NCBI GenBank assembly: GCA_003971905.1
Contig: RSEE01000055.1
Coordinates: 62,001 to 126,000 of the forward strand
Direction of reading: 5' to 3'
DNA: 64,000 nt
Source: Moniliella sp. 'wahieum'
Taxonomy: Eukaryota
The notes below the pieces were generated by a model. The model searched no databases and had not been told where the DNA came from. It worked only from the letters and a program-made list of their open reading frames with translations. Within the stretch, counting starts at the first letter, position 1, and every line of letters begins with the position of its first letter. Positions 61,677-64,000 of the stretch are shown one piece after another. The translations under genes and the position numbers were made by a program.

Positions 61677-64000
61677 CTAGGCACAAAGCACCAAGCACCA
61701 AGCACGCACCAGCCCACCCAAGTGAGGCTGGGAGCGCAATAGGACGCAGGACGGCGCCGCACGTGCCCCGTTGGCTGCCTAGAGGGGCAGAGGCGAACTA
61801 GGAGGAGCGAGCGACGCCTGGGGCGGGACAGACGGGGTGTACCAGCAGCTGATGCGCCTGAAGGACTAGTAAGGGGCGACGCTGAGCCCGCCCCCGCACC
61901 CCGCACCCCCCACGGCCCGTGCAGGCCCAGAGGGCGCAGCATACCCAACCAACGTTTCAGGGAATGGCCCGGGCGCCGCCCAGCGACGTTCGAGGTACTT
62001 GTCAATCCAGAAACGGTCGGCGTCTCGTTGCCCGTCGCGTTGGGCGTCTCGTTGCCCGTCGCGTTGGGCGTCTCGCGGTCCATCCCGCGGCCCGTCGGGC
62101 TGCGCGTCGGCATCGCGCGCGTCGGGCGCAAGGGGCGAAAAGGGCGACAAGGCTGGCCCAGGCCCAGGCAAAGGAGGTCCTACCCCACCGCGGTACTCGA
62201 TCCGCTTTCGGTTTCGGCGCGTTTGCGCACCGGTAACGATGCACCACGTACCTTGCCAGGCGTGGCGTCCAACGTAGGTGGAGACGTCACCCTTCGTCCC
62301 CGGCCCACCGCAGTCGACTCCACCGACGCACCTGACACACCCAACGCACCCGATTCACCCGCCTGAGCCCCCGGTCCAGATCCAGATCCAGATCCAAGGG
62401 TCCCCGTCAACTCGTTCGAACCGGGGTCAGTAGGTGCGGGGTGAACGTGCCTGAGGCTGGGCAAACCCACTGCCGTAGACCGAGAGCATATGGCCCGTCG
62501 ATGTCCCCGTGGAGGGAGGAAGCCCGTCGGGTGCGTCGCCCCGGGCCACGGAAGCCATGGATTCGAGGGACGGCAAAGCGGGCGGCAAGGGGTCGTAAAA
62601 GGGGTCATCGAGTGAAGTCCGATCCATCCGTTCGGCACGGTCGACACGGTCGGTCCCAGGAGGCGGCACGTCTTTTTCTCGCTCGAGGTGGTGCGGGTAG
62701 AGATGGTGGAGGTGGTGGACGACAGCGTGGTGCGCGCGTTGGGCGGGGTTGGAACGTGATGGTTTGGTGGGCACGGGTGCGTCGGTGGGGGTTCCGTTTA
62801 GGGTAGGCGCTGTGGGAGCGGTATGGGTGGATGACGCGACCCCCCCACCTGCGCCGCTTAATGGGGTCGTGAAGGTCGACGAAAAGGTTGCCATGGACGA
62901 GGTGGAGGCGCTCATAGCTTGTGCCACCACATGGGTCGCATTAGGCGACGGCGCGTGGCGGACAAACCCGCTGGGCAAGGAGAATTCCCAATACGCATTG
63001 GCACGCGCATTGCCCCAAGCACGAGCGGCAGCAGCTTGTTGTTCGTTCCACGTATCAAAGTCAATGCTCTTGACTTTGCTCACGTGCACGCCCAAGGCAC
63101 GGTGGACAGAAGTACACTGGATACACAAAAAGATGCAACAGGGCTGCTCAAACAGCGACCAGGACGCCCAGCGTGGATCTGCCAACGGGAATCAGAACAT
63201 GCTAAGCAGAAGAAGAGGGGGGAGGAGGGCGTACTGGGTGCATGGCAGTCTGCACACAGGCGGTTCTCGGGCAACTGGGCCAAGGCCCGCACCTCGGCCA
63301 CCAGATTGACAGGGGGTGGGGTCGGATTCGAAGCAGCTATGGTGGATGATAAAGGCGAGGCCGAGGGTACTGGATTGGGACTGGAGGCGATTGGTTTCTT
63401 GCTCTTGGATACTACACCCGCAGGCACGGCATCACCAAAGGAGGTGGGGGAGTAGGCGGCAGCGTACGATCCCTGGCCATTCGAATCAGACATGGCTGAG
63501 GGGATGCTCACCGTCGATCCCGCCGTTGCAGTGGTAGGAGGGGGGAGGTCGGAGCTATGCATCATGTTACTGGCGGAACTGAGGGCGGGGAGGAACGGTC
63601 GCTGGCCAAAGAGGAGTCAGGCTGAAGCGACTTACCCCCCGGAGTAACCGACCTGCCTACCTCGGCAGCGGAGGTGGATGCTTCCTGCAAGCTGGCATTT
63701 CCGGGGGCGAGGGCGCCACCAGTCGAATCGACAAAAGCGGGTGTACTTCCCTGGTCGGGTACGATTGTCTGGTGCGAAGACATGTTGAGCAGCGCATCAG
63801 CAACGCCCTCTCGGATCGCTTGCACCCACTCTGCTAGATCAGCTGGATCGCGGGCGGTGACAAACCGACGGTCATTGAGAGAGACTAGCTCAAACACATT
63901 GTCACGAACACGAGGACCGCTGCCACTGTTGCCACCCCGCAAGAAGGGGAAGCGCTTGGATGATGCGCTCTTGTTCCCTCCTGAACTGGTCACACCGCCA
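61677..64000 (-). CDS. PH-domain plus ArfGAP protein (Age1/Csx2/centaurin-like; 5' end outside window)
   Basis: PH C-terminus 'NVFELVSL...DLAEWVQAI'; ArfGAP 'PENRLCADC...PRWASW...CIQCTSVHRALGVHVSKVKSIDFDTW...GNARANAYWE', and further downstream 'FWIDKYLERRW'. Stop position uncertain. Confidence 0.85.

Overview
Eukaryotic genomic DNA from a fungus. It is GC-rich with few, short GT-AG introns, and the gene set and style suggest a basidiomycete, possibly Ustilaginomycotina (inference). Almost every gene carries scattered single-base frameshifts, mostly missing bases in homopolymers. This pattern indicates an unpolished long-read assembly rather than mass pseudogenisation, so gene boundaries are approximate. 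Recognisable genes are a Zn(II)2Cys6 transcription factor, TRM82, RRP14/SURF6, MRP51, an EH-like protein, a GIT1-like MFS permease, dynactin p150, SEC13, a FabD/MCT1-like protein lacking its catalytic Ser, a Ctr copper transporter, TOM70, a GRR1-like F-box/LRR protein, a WrbA/Pst2-type quinone reductase, an EI24-like protein and a PH-ArfGAP. Mobile DNA comprises one young, complete Ty1/copia element (15933-21512, CATCT target-site duplication) with a candidate half-tRNA-Tyr primer site, plus two related solo LTRs. The most striking unexplained signal is a 7-bp grammar in intergenic DNA: TNA-[palindromic 4-mer]-TNA. The 4-mer is predicted by the dinucleotide flanking the TNA (xy-TNA gives xy-TNA-y'x'-xy-TNA). 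Fourteen of the 16 possible palindromic tetramers are used, and one apparent insertion of this form is visible inside a solo LTR. This suggests an active, sequence-templated insertion process.
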